Below are positions 50,482 through 63,149 of a DNA stretch of 64,000 nt, one piece after another. The notes beneath the pieces were generated by a model, which had not been told where the DNA came from, searched no databases, and was given only the letters and a program-made list of their open reading frames with translations. Every line of letters begins with the position of its first letter. Positions within the stretch are counted from its first letter, which is position 1. The translations under genes were made by a program, and so were the position numbers. The DNA is taken from assembly GCA_013265495.1 (NCBI GenBank), contig MU058257.1, positions 1 through 64,000 of the forward strand. Direction: 5' to 3'. The DNA comes from Vicugna vicugna. Its lineage: Eukaryota.

Positions 50482-53041
50482 CTACATTAATAGCCAAAAG
50501 AAACGAAATTCTCCTTTTAAAATATAATATAGTTAATCTTCATCATTCCATACATTAGTTATTCACCAAAATTAAACATGTTTTAAGTACTGAAGGTTTT
50601 CTAAATATTTCTCTGAGCAAAGAGCTCATAATCAATGTACATGCTTATGAGAGCTTTTCACACTTGTCTATTTCAGGAATGCCCTAAGTAGGAAGTGCAC
50701 ACAGGGGACAGCATTCTGGCTACGAAAGAGTGACATGAGCATGATGGTTTCCACAATCAAAAACTGAAATTTACATTCACCTTCTCCCTAGACTCTATAA
50801 TTTTTACTTTCTTCTAAAAAAACTGTCAGCATGCTTCTCCTCTTTGAGAAAATCATCTTACAGGGTTATTTGATCCTGGCTCTGGGTTTAAAATGAAGAC
50901 CAAAGAAAAGAACTGCTTCCTAACAAAAACCTGTGAAGCCGCAAGGTCCAGCTTTTTCCTAACCTGATTTCTGAAAGGTGTTATTCCAAGTGCACAGGAA
51001 TCACTGCTGGACAGGCAGAAACTTCCCGATGCGACACAGAACTCGCCCACAAACTGAGCTACGAGCCTTGCGGGAAAACAAAGAAAACCAGCACCGCTCT
51101 ACCCATACCACACAGAGTGCACATTTTTGTTCACATGAACCTGCAGGGGAAAAAAACCTCTTCATATATTTTCTTGAGTCTGCCGCCCAAGCCACAGTTT
51201 ACGAAAATTGAGTTCAGCAATTTATAAGCCCCACTCTGTGGTCTGTAAAAAGATATTGAAACATGGTTTTCCATCTGACCATATGACAAATTTAAAATGC
51301 TAAAAGAAGTAAGATCAAAGAAGATCAACACTAAGTAAAAACTCACATGCAGTTAAGGAAGGCTATATGGTTAAAATTACATAATTTATGATTCTATAGT
51401 TTAAGGTTAAAGGTTATGTTAACAATGTTAATGGTGCTAACATAAAATTTAGGTAAAAAAACTAAACTTTTATATCTTCACAAACCAAGTTAGCATCAAA
51501 TCTTAAAAAATGATAACTAGTTTTTATAAAGGAATAATAGTAACACATGCATATTTTCATTACTACCGAGAACGAAATAATCAAAAATGCTTTAGAAAAC
51601 TCTGTGCTTTCTTTTTAAGTATAAAAGCAGGTATTTCACCCAAAATTTTGGGATGAAAAGCATTTTAAACTACAGAACAGCAGTTAATAGCTTTAAGGAA
51701 AAGATCTGAGACGTTCTGTCAGCTGGACTCAGCACTACCAGCATCTCTACAGTAACTGTTCTGCTCCAGTGCTTTCCTCTGTAAAAGCAAGTACTGCCAT
51801 GTCAGTGACGCAATCCAAACAAAGCGAATCTGCCACTGTTTCGAATTATTTTCCTACCTTATCAAAAAGTTGAAAAGGTTCAAACTTAGGGATCTGGGAA
51901 AGTAAGAAGTCAGCAGGCTAATTCCGTGGCGAGTGACTCTTATTCTAGGTCAAGTGTGGGTTAGACAATGTCGGGCAAGTGAGAGATGAGAATTCTTCTT
52001 GCCTGAATATCTATTTGGTGGTTATTTATACAAAACTCATTTTAATTTCTGAGGCAAATGAAATCAATATATTTATGGAAAGTATCAAAATGCAAATATA
52101 AACTTTCATATTTTAGAAACCTATCAGAAGTACAACTGCATTTTTAACACTTGCCCTCTCCCAACAGTACAAAATGAAACCAAATACATATACATACCAT
52201 TTGCATTCCTCATGCTTCCTTCTAGAAATGCTATGCCAGATAAAATTAATTTCCAGAACTTTCCCCATAACATGCACAAGAATATTATTTTATATTGAGG
52301 TTGCACAAGCAAAAAGTTGATTTCAAATTTATGATTTGTCAAAACTATTTCAACAGAACCTCCGGACTGTCTTTAAAAAGTTATTAAAGTAGATATAGTC
52401 TTCTTTTAAAATAATTTAAACATAACTTCACCTTGTAACCTTTAACCCCTCCCAATAAAAACCCCAATACACTATTCAACTAGGTAATGTCATAGATAAT
52501 TTTAGTCATGCTTCTAAAATATACAAAGTCTTCCAGACAACTCATTTGTTTCTAATAAATATTTCAACATCACACTTTCTATCCAATAGACTAAGCAGTG
52601 TTTGAAAGTGACACCTTATTACACAAAAGCATATAAATGTTACATGACACTGTATCTCAGGCAGAGGTATTTGGGGGCCAAAAAGGATTATTACCAATGC
52701 AAACATAAAAACAATGGCTTACAATATTCGGGAGAAAGCAGGGAAAATACCACCGCTAATGCCACTGTTGTTGAATGAATACAACTTTTTGAACCCTTTT
52801 AAAATGGACTTTTATTGGGAGAGGTGGGGAGAGGAGTGGTGGTGGTGATAAAAATGAGGCAGCATCAGATCCAGGACTTAATCTAGATAAAAAAAAATTT
52901 CAAGCTTTGATCTCAAGCCACTTCATGCTGTCCACAAAAAGCCAAACCATTCCAAGCAAAAGGTCATGCATGTATTTTCCTGAATTCAAGATTTAAAAAA
53001 AAAACAAAAAACAAAAAAAACAGGAAGACAAAAACTCATAC

Positions 53042-53068
53042 CTCTCCAGATGGCTTCTCATTTATAGG
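53042..53068 (-). CDS. PRPF18: Candidate 27-nt alternative microexon (PINEKPSGE)
   Basis: cattag|CCTATAAATGAGAAGCCATCTGGAGAG|gtatgag; phase 0-0, no stop, 115-nt upstream intron. Confidence 0.7.
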
Positions 53069-53183
53069 CTAATGTATAACATTGATAAATTGAACAGAGA
53101 TCAATCGTTTTGTCACTTTAACAACAGCTATACAAATTTAAGCTCAGAAATAAACAATTTAACATAAAAGCAGGCATTCATAC

Positions 53184-53261
53184 CTTGCAGCCACATCTTT
53201 CAAAATATGCTTCCTCTTCCTTTTTTGCAAGTTCACTACGCTTGAAATATTTTTTATTTTC
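53184..53261 (-). CDS. PRPF18: PRPF18 exon 2 (ENKKYFKRSELAKKEEEAYFERCGCK)
   Basis: TAG acceptor and GTATGA donor; 78 nt; in frame. Confidence 0.96.
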
Positions 53262-54779
53262 CTATTGAAGAAAGAAGTAAGTTAATAACATGTCTTTGGG
53301 TAAAATTTCATGTCCCCTGATCAATAACCTGAAAACACTCCTCAGTTTTTCAAGAATCGGTAAAGTTTTTTGGTTCCACAGAGATTATACTGATTTCCTG
53401 GTGGACATACCACCTGTCCTCAACCTCCAGTCTAAATGGGAGGTATTTTTCTTGCAGCATCATTTTTAGCAGGCATATCCAAGAGCACAAAGAAACCGGC
53501 CACATCTTTCAAGTGTTCACGTTGTTTTAATTTCCCAGTGTTTGAATCCAGTTTCTACAAATAGATTCATTATGAACCACACAGAGGATGCTTTGACTAT
53601 TTCCCCTAACAGAACCAATCAAGCAAAAATTATGGTAGCTACAGCCGACATCTTAAATCTCATGACCAAGAGAGCCCAAGGGTGTGTCCAAATTCTTTTT
53701 TATCATCTGGAATCTTATGGAACAATTAATTATATTTGTACTAATCAACTTTTAAAAATAATCTAGGTATAGAATGGTTTTGGAGAGCTTCTCTAGGAAA
53801 AAGATAGTTCACAGGTATTTGTCTTAATATGATGTGATATTCAAGAGACAAGCCCTAAATCTACTACGGCAAGAAAAAAAAAAGTTAGTTCTTTCTATGC
53901 CATATATAAAATTATTCTTTTAAACATGTTGATTGCCCACTGTGGATCAGGTGCCCCTGCAACACAACTGCCACCCAGATCTGGGTGCCGCGGCAATCAA
54001 CATGTTAAAAATGCAGTCCCTTGATCATTTCATAACGTATACATTTTCCATTGGGCCTCTCACCCTGGCAGATTTTAGAGACAAGCTGAACGGTGTACAT
54101 AAAGGGCGCGTCTCCTTTTAAAGACAGAACCTAATTCCTGCCCAGTGCTTCACAGATGTTGTTCTGGACTCTGTCCAGGTTGTACCGTCTGGACTATAAA
54201 CTTGAGATCCACAGGTCTGCAGTGCACAAACCCGGAACAGCGGCCCATGCTAATGAAGCAAAGTCGAAGTTAACAACAATGTGCAACATGATTGTCAACA
54301 TTTCCTTAATCAGAATCACCATTCCTTCAGTTATGCAAAGGTTTTCAGTGTTTATGTAAATGAGACATAACCATCATCAAGAATTCTCCAGAAAGGCACT
54401 GGAGAACTAACACACACACAGCCTGGATACGCAAAGCAAGACAGTAAGTGTGAGATCACAAACCATGTGGCAGGGTCAACATCTTGCTACAGAATGGAAA
54501 TAACCCTTAAAAGTCTCAAGTAATAAACCAAATGGCTGGGCACCCAAATACAATTTAAAGAGACACGATGCTTTTCAAAGTGAAAGGACTGTAAACTGTC
54601 AAGGGATCCTGCTGGCGAGACAATGTTTTCTCAGTGATGTTAACCAAAGTAGAAAATTATACCAAAATCTACCTTGCACAGTGAATTCTATTTACTTCAT
54701 AATTATATATATTTATATGACTATATACAAAATTATGTTAAAATGTATGCAAGAAATAACACTGTCTTACACAAACTCT

Positions 54780-57700
54780 ATAAGGAAATAAGGTTAAACA
54801 TACACTTACTATACAGTCCAACCATCCCACTCCTAGGCATTTTCAGAGAAAATAAAATGTATGTCCCAACAAAAGCCTGTACACCGTGTTCACAGCAGCT
54901 TTATCGTAGCAGCCAAAAAATGGCAACAACCCGAATGCCCATCATCAGCAACAAACTGGGACATATCCGTACAATGGTAGAGTACTGCTCAGTAGCAAAA
55001 ACAGTGAGGTCTTGGTGAAGACGAATGCATGACTGAATCGCAACATTATCAGGATGACTGAACGAAAACCGGTAAGAGAGAGAACATATTGAACAACTCC
55101 ATTTACGTAAAACTCTAGAAAATGCAAACTAACGTGAAGTAACAGAGGACAGATGCTGGCCGCCTAAGGACGGGTGGGGAGGGCGCAGGGAGGGGCAGGA
55201 AAGCGGGATTAGCAAGGGGCACCAAGGTGCTCGGGGGCAGATGGGCTTGTTCACTCCCTTCATTGCAGCAATCGCCTCACAGTGTAGACGTGTCAGAACT
55301 CACCAAGCTGGACACACTACATATGGGCGATTTACTGTATGTCCATTATACCTTAATAAAGCTGCTACTCCAGTATAAAAAGCCAAAATTTTGCATTTGC
55401 AGCAACATGGATGGTCTTGGAGGGCATTAGGCCAAGTGAGATCAGCCAGACAAAGACAGTACTGTATGACTTCACCTGTATGTGGAATCTAAAAACTACA
55501 ACAAACTAGTGAATATAACAAAAAAGAAGCAGACTCACAGATACAGAGAGAAAGACCAGTGGCTGCCGGCTGGGAGAGGGAAGAGGAGAGGAGCAATATC
55601 GGGGTAGGGGGCTGAGAGACACAAACTATTATGTGTAACATAAGCTACAAGGATGTAATGTACAACATGGGGAATACAGACAAGATTTTATAACTGTAAA
55701 TGGAGCGTAACCCTTAAAAAGTGTGAATCACTGTACTGTACGCCTGTAACAGATAATACTGTAGCAACCATACTTCAATAAAAAAATAAAAACAAATAAA
55801 ATTTAAAAATAAATAAATAAATAGCCCAAGAAGAGTTAGGAGAATGAGAAGAACCAGGGAAAGGAGAAAGAGAGGGAAGAGGAGAAGGAAGAAAGGAAGA
55901 GGAGAAAGACAATTTTAAAAAAAAACAAACACCAGTGGCAGAAGTGGTAGCGTGTACACGGCCCGACTTCACAACTGGCCCGAAGGCGACAGCCATCAAG
56001 ATAGCGTGGCACTGGCAATAAGGATCACCAGATTACTCCCAGAGAGCAGAGCACCCAGAACAGAGCCACACTTAAACTATTACTGATTTCTGATGACGCC
56101 AAAACCATCCAGAGGGGAGAGGAAAATGTCTTCAGTATATCGTGCTGGAACACCTGGATATGCACATGGGAAAAACAGGCCATGCCCTTACCTCACATCA
56201 TACAGAATATTCATTCAAAAATTTTTTAAACTGTTTTTCGTAAGAGAGAAAACCATAAAGCTTTTAGAAGATATTATAAGAAAGTATCTTACTCTCTTGA
56301 GTACATGTCTAGGAGTGGAATGGCCTGATCACATAGCAGGCTTATGTTTAACTCTTGAGACACTGTCAAACTGTTTTCCAACAGATTGTACTATTTTATA
56401 TTCACAGATAGGATACAGAAAACAATAACCATAAAAAACTGATAAACTGGGCTTTGTAAAAATTAAAAGCTTTGCTTTAAGAAGATGAAAACCCACAGTC
56501 TGGATGAAAATATTCACAAAACGTGTATCTAACAAAAGGACCAGCAAGGTAGTAAGAAAAAAACCAACCAACCCAATTAAAAATTATACAGGCAATTTTA
56601 AGACACTTCACAAAAGATACACAGTCAAAAAATACACAAAAAGTACTTAATATCATTAATTACCAGGGAGATGCAAATTAAAAACACAATGAGATACAAC
56701 AACACATCCACCGGGACGGCTGGAGTTGAAAGACTGACAACACAAATTACTGACATAGTGGAGAGCATCTGAACTCTTCTTATTTTGCTGGTGGAGGTGC
56801 AACACGGTCCTACCACACTGGGAAAAGGTCTGGTAGCTTTTTATAAAATTAAACCCCTAATATACCCCATGACCCAGCAATTTCGCTCTCCAGCACTTTC
56901 CTAAGAGAAATGAAAATATAAGACTTGCACAAGAGGGTTCACAGCAGCTTTCTTCAGACTCACTAAATCCTGGAAACAGCCCAGGTACCCATCATCAGCA
57001 ACCAACAGATCAGCAAACTGGGTACATTTGTATAAAGGAATACCTCTCAGCAATAAATGGAATAAACAACAGATACATGCAACAGCATGAATAAAATTCA
57101 AAACATCATTCTGATTAGACAAAGCGCAATGTAAGAGTACGTAGCAAGATCCCATTTACGTGTCATTCTAGCGCACGCAAAACCAATGGATGGTGGAACA
57201 AAATCAGAACGCTGGCTGCTTCTGGGGGTGGTCGGGGAGACTAGGAGGTGGAATGAGGGTCATATTCTGCATCTCGATACAGACTGGGTTACACAGGGGT
57301 ATGAACTTGTCAAAATTCACTAAATGGTACACTTATGACTTGTATATTTCTTCATATGTAAATTTTTGCATATGTACCCAGAAAAGTACAAATAATGAAC
57401 ACTAATTAATAATATACATGCCAAATTACATTTTGGCTATTTTACATATTCAGGGGTAAAGTGTACCACTGTCTGTAAATTAGTCTGAAATGCACACAGA
57501 TCAGCACATTGTTTTCACGACCCTATCTGCAGCTGGGAAACACCGGTTTATGGATTTGCTGTTCCAGAAAAGCCGCCTCACCTGTGGTTATTTCAAGTGG
57601 TGTCTCAGGTTTAATGGTTACTGTGTCTGTGACAGGTGAAATGGTAATGACGCAGCTTGTGAGCACCCACTGTCAAACTATGGAGAAGCTGCCTCCCACC

Positions 57701-57940
57701 ATCCTAAAATGTTCTGCCTGTTGTACTGTTCTGAGGTGGAGGTCGTCTCTGCAATGCTAGACAGGCTGATGGATGGATATACCATGATGGACAGATGGAC
57801 AGCTGAATGACAGAGCAAGCATATTCAAATGTTAACTGCAGGTTTACTTGCAAAATCTAGAAGGTAGGCGTATGGGTGTTCACTGTACAATTCTTTTGAG
57901 TTTTCCGTACATTTGAAAATTTTCACAGTGAAATGTTGAG
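54780..57940 (+). mobile_element. Old L1M fragments with a younger L1 3' end (about 55385-55822)
   Basis: L1 3' motifs (GCAGCAACATGGATGG..TTGGAGGGCATTA, GGAGATGCAAATTAAAA, GACCCAGCAATT). Confidence 0.75.
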
Positions 57941-58329
57941 GAAAACAGTCTTTGCAGGAAATGTCAAAACATGGGATCAACAGGGCAAACGCCCTACCAC
58001 ACTGCTTTCTGACTATACTAAAAAGAACAGTGAAAGGCTCCCCTTGACCACTAAAGAAAGAGAGGCGCTGGAGAGGATGAGAGAAGAGAGGACTGGAGAA
58101 GGCACTGCAAGTAGAGGTAGGAACGAGCGTGGAGAGAGGCCAGTTCAAAGACCTGAGTGAGTGGAAACGGTTCAGGAGAGCTGGCGCAGCTGACTGGTGC
58201 CAGGGATTACTGGGCGCAGAGATTTTCACCAGCCTGGAAGTGATTAGATCCTGACCTCTGTGAGTCAAAGATCTCTTCAACAGTCTCAACAGCAGGAGGA
58301 GGACAAGAGGGGTCATATACATACATACA

Positions 58330-58760
58330 TGCCAAATAGTTCATCTTTCAAGGAGCTGATGGATACTCTGAAGTCCATCCAAAGGCTCCACTTCAGAACC
58401 TCTGATACTGATGGTAACTAAAATCTAGAGACGAACATGAAATTAAAGAGAAGTTTCAGTGAAATGAGAACACCAACATTTCAGGGACAAAAAAACCAAG
58501 CAATTAAAAAAAAAGAATAAATCTGTAAAGGAGATCAAGAATAAGCAGCCTGAGAAGCAGAAGAAAAAACAGGACACTGCGGTGTGAGAGATGCCAAAGG
58601 AAGAGTGAAGACAGTGGACAGTCAAGAGTGTAACTGCTGCTGAGGTTAAGAAATCATGGGGGTCACTGTGGTCCCTGGTCAGCACAGATTCAGTGTGATC
58701 GTGGGGGCAGAAATCAGGTTAAGGAGTGAGTGAGAAACAAAATTCATTTTAAGAAGCTCA
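58330..58760 (-). mobile_element. L2 fragment
   Basis: Purine-rich on +, e.g. GAGAATAAGCAGCC...GAAGCAGAAGAAAAAACAGGA...GCCAAAGGAAGAG, typical of antisense L2. Confidence 0.5.
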
Positions 58761-60039
58761 GCTGTCATGAAAAGACAACTGTGTTAAAAAAAAAAAAGAG
58801 AGAGAGAGAGAGATGGGAGACATTTGTATGCTTGGGTGCTGATGGGGCTAAGCCAGTAGAGATTCTGAGGGCACAGGAAGAAAGGAGACAAGTGATATTC
58901 AGGTTCTGATGATGCGAACAAAGATAAAAGTTGGGATCCAATGTCTAAGGGGAAGGTTTGATCCAACACAGAGCCAGTATCTCACCCACTTCAACAGGGG
59001 AAAGCTGAGAAATAACAGGAAACATTCAATACATAGTGAGGGGAAAAACAAAGCTAAAATTCTACCCAAAGCGCATCCTCACAACTACAACTGATCCAGG
59101 TGCTGACTAAGCCCTATCGAATCCCTGCAGCAGCCAGGTCTTCCCCACAAACGAGGCTTTGCAGTAGACGACGCTCCATCCACACTGGGCCCCAAGGCGC
59201 TGGCCTCCCAGCCACACAGATACCACACAGACCTCCGAGCAGCAGCACCAGGCAGTGCACCGAGCCCAGCTGGTGGGGGGCTGTGTCGGGAGCTCCTCCA
59301 GCTTTGATGAAGCTGCGCATTTACTACCCAACCATCAGACTAACAATAAAAAGCTGGGACACCACTCAAAGTGACCAAAGAGGGGGTGGTGCTTCTGGAG
59401 AAACAACACAGACAGTTTTCCAGCTATAGACAGAGTTGTGAATTCACTGATTCCCCAACTAGCGTTTTTTTTTTTAAGAAACAGAATGGATTAAACAATG
59501 AAACTTACACAGAATCACATGTAGTTAAGGTAAAAAATGTTGCCTGAAACTTTTTTCATACGTATCAGATCAAAATATAAACTTCTTTCTTACTGTGGCT
59601 GGTTTGAAAGTTACTGACAGACACTATGATACAGAAAAATAAATGCTATAAAAGCAAATGATTCTCTATAAAATTACCCAGCTGCAAAGCAAATGACTGT
59701 CTTCCCAGGCGTAAAAAAGTTGTCCAGTTCCACATAGTCTCCTAGGTCACGCTGCGGCGCTCACCTACAAGGAGGGGGTGGACTGAGGATCTCTCCGGCT
59801 GGCCAAGGGGCAATGAGAAAATCATGTAACCCCAAGTCTCAACCTCACCGTCCATGGAAAGAGCACATTAACTGCCCTACACACCCATCAGAGTTGTTGT
59901 AAAGCTCAAATGAGAAAGCAGAGTACAGCGCTTTGAAAAATATAAATCACGTGTTAATCTAACTGTGAAGCGATTTAGTTCTTAGATTAACCTTATCCAA
60001 ACTACTTCTACGTTCACAGGGTGGGGATAAACAAACAGC

Positions 60040-60230
60040 CTGTCAGCAGTGGTTAAGAGGGCAAGCTTCAAAGTGACAGAGATGGATTCAAGTTCAGGCT
60101 TTATCTCTCACCAGCTGTGCGATTCTGTAAATCATCTAACTTCTTTCAGCTTCAATTTCCTTGTCTGTAAATGGGAGTAACAGAAACTTTACGGGACTTC
60201 TGCACAAATTAAATGAGATATTGGATTACT
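60040..60230 (+). mobile_element. MIR SINE
   Basis: GTGGTTAAGAG...GGATTCAAGTTC...AGCTGTGCGA...CTTCAATTTCCTTGTCTGTAAATGGGAG...ATTAAATGAGAT. Confidence 0.65.
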
Positions 60231-61318
60231 ACTACTTGCACCCTGCAGATGACTATTACTGAAACTATGATTTTTGGTATTTTAACTCCCATTTCATGTA
60301 TATCCTTTGCTGGTCTTAACTGGGAATCAGTCTTACCTTCTGACCAGGGTTACCTAAGTAGTTAAATCAACCATTAAATTACAAAATAAAAGACATAGTT
60401 TATATACACTGATAAATTAAAAACAATTAAGTAGAATTAGTGTTTAATTGATCATTTTTAAAGACTGGTCTATTTCCATGACGAAGAACCTGATGATGCA
60501 AACACGGGCAGGCACTGTAAACCCTGAGAGTGAGCTGAGCTTTCTGTGATTCAATTTTCCCTCTAAAGCACTTCAGATTTCAAAACCTGGCCCTAATACC
60601 CACTATGCATTCCAACATCTAAATTAGCTTTTCCAAATACTCTGAAGCCACTCATCAAAAGAAAAAGGCCCCTGAGTTACAGACAAAAATATTAAGTTAC
60701 AAAAATGGACAAACCTCCCCCAAACCCTAGCATTTGCTAAATAACATTCTATTTAATTAGCTCCACCTGACCAAGTGCTTTTACAGTTTGATGATTATGA
60801 AATCTGCCGTTTACCAAGCTAACAATCCCAACTTACCTTACATCCAAAAACCTAAGTCAGATGTTCTCAAAGTGTGGTCCACAAGACCCCTGGGGTCCTT
60901 AAGACCCTTTGAGAGGGTCCATGAGGTCAAAACTATTTTCAATATTAAGGCAGTACTTGCCTGCTCACTGTGTTGCCATTTACAGAGGGTGAAAAGCAAC
61001 AGTAAGTCTCCTGAAAGCCTCTGCAGGAATCAAGACAGTGGCACTGAACTGTACCAGCAGTCTTGATGCACTTTATCACTTAACTATATCCTTGATAAAG
61101 CAGTAAAAGCATTGATTTTATTAAGCCTTGCTCCTTGACCACATCTTTTTAATATCCTGTGTGACAAACAGGAAGTATATATAAAGCACTTTTCGTTCAT
61201 ACGAAAGTGTGATGGGAGTCAGAAGGAAAAGCACGTGGGTGGCTGAGTTGTTAACTAAACCAGCCTCTTCTTTTTATGGAATACCACTTCTATGTGAAAG
61301 AACACCTGACACAAACTA

Positions 61319-61649
61319 CAGCTGGCCTTCCATATTCTCTGGTTCTGGGGCTACAATGAACTGCAGATCAAAAATATTCCAAAAAACATTTTTAATTCCC
61401 GAAAGTTCCAAAAAACAAAACCTGAATTGGCTGCGCCCAGCAAACTACATAGCATTTACATTGTATTAGGTATTATGAGTAATCTAGAGATGGTTTAAAG
61501 TATACAGAAGGATGTGTGTAGATTGTATGCAAATACTATACCATTTTGAACATGGGACTTCAGCATCTTGGATTTTAGTACCCAAGTGGCGGGGTGGGAG
61601 GTGGAATGTGTCCAGAAACTCATCCTCCATGGATATGGAGGGACAACTG
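61319..61649. mobile_element. MER2-like Tigger element nested in Charlie1
   Basis: TIRs CAGCTGGCCTTCCATAT / ATATGGAGGGACAACTG flanked by TA. Confidence 0.75.
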
Positions 61650-61866
61650 TATAGTTATTCAGACTCTGGTATTTGGCAGATAACTTCCAAAAACTGAACA
61701 AAATGAGCCTGTCACTTCAAGGAAACAGCGGATACTTTGTTGCCTCTGCCAAAATTTCAGCTTTCTAGTGAAAATTTAAATTGTGGACAATTGAGATCCA
61801 TCACCATAAGCTTGATGGCTTCCCAATACTTGGAGACATTTCTCATGAGATCAGTGATATTAAACA

Positions 61867-62071
61867 CAGCTGACCCTTTAACACCTGGGGGATTAGGGGC
61901 ACTGATCCTCAAGCAGTCAAAAATCCCCAGAGAACTTTATAGTCAGCCCTCTGTATCGCATCTGCGGTTTCAACCAACCCTGGTCATGTAGCACTGCAGT
62001 ATTTACTGGAAAAAATCCGCGTTATCGATGGACCCGCGCAGTTCAAACCAGTGTAGTTCAAGGGCTAACTG
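61867..62071. mobile_element. MER8-like Tigger element nested in Charlie1
   Basis: TIRs CAGCTGACCCTTTAAC / GTTCAAGGGCTAACTG. Confidence 0.75.
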
Positions 62072-63149
62072 TAATGTGATTTTTTTTAAGTACTGTGCAG
62101 TAAAATCTCAACATTTCGAAGAACTGCACAACTCAGTGAACCAATTGTTTTCCAAATGACCAATGAATTATTACTTGTGTTTTAAAAAATCTTTCAGCTT
62201 TAACTTCTAACAGTAAATATGCATAAACACATAAACAAAAGCACTTTGGGACCCTCAATAATTTTGGTGAGTGGGAAGAGTTCCTGAGACCAAAAGCTTT
62301 GAGAACAGGCGATCACGGCTGTTATGCAATAAAGAGATGGAGGTCAAATGAAAGAAATTCTACAATCACGTCAATCTTTCTCCTCTTTAGTAACAGGCCA
62401 AAGAGTCTTAACCTTTTCCTTTAGGGAAGAGCTCAGCAATGAACTTCTGTATGCGCTGGGAAAGGGTGAGAATTTTTTAAATCGGGTTTTACTGATGCAG
62501 AAATCAAATACAGAAACCAGCCTTAAAAGTTCCCTGAGCAGGCAAAATCAATTCAGTCAAAACTCAATTTAGCTTATTTTCCAAGACTAACTTAACCTGG
62601 GTATTTCCTGTTTATGAGGCAAGGCAAATCATAAACAAAACTTAAGCTATTTCCCAAAAATGATATGAAGTAACCACTAACCAACTCCCTATCATTTTAA
62701 GAAAATTCTAATATTCTAACCACTGTGAAGAATAAACAGTCACTGCCTCCCCTTATACGAGCTGCTTTTTAACAACCTACCCCTGAGCCTTATCCCATGT
62801 TTTGGTGGGTGAACTGTCTTTTGGGTGCATGCGCGATCCACTTGCACTAATCACTACTTCTGGGATTCGATGGTTTTACTTCAGCTATTTATAAACTTCT
62901 GACACTAAAAAGATAGAACTAAAGGCTTCTAAAGAATAATTCTGAGTCTGTCTTTCTTTACGTCCCCGATGGGCACAAACCCTTAGTAAAACGACAGAGG
63001 TGAATGGCCAGAAGAACTGGGGCACGGCCGAAAAATATGGACAGATGGGAGTGAGCATAAGGGACAGTTAAGGGCCGAAAATGGCCAAACTCTGGGTTTT
63101 CCTGTAATTCCCACTTCCATCCCAAAGGCTCCCGAGTGACTGCCAAGGG

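Larger units (their letters stand above)
60858..62311. mobile_element. Charlie1-like hAT transposon with both termini
   Basis: Start CAGATGTTCTCAAAGTGTGGTCC...GAGGTCAAAACTATTTTC; end CCTGAGACCAAAAGCTTTGAGAAC (inverted GTTCTCAAAG/CTTTGAGAAC). Confidence 0.8.

Noticed and set aside
54384..54407. Small hairpins TTCTCCAG...CTGGAGAA (also about 49731-49746)
   Set aside because: Stems of 6-8 bp are expected by chance in 64 kb; too short for a pre-miRNA.
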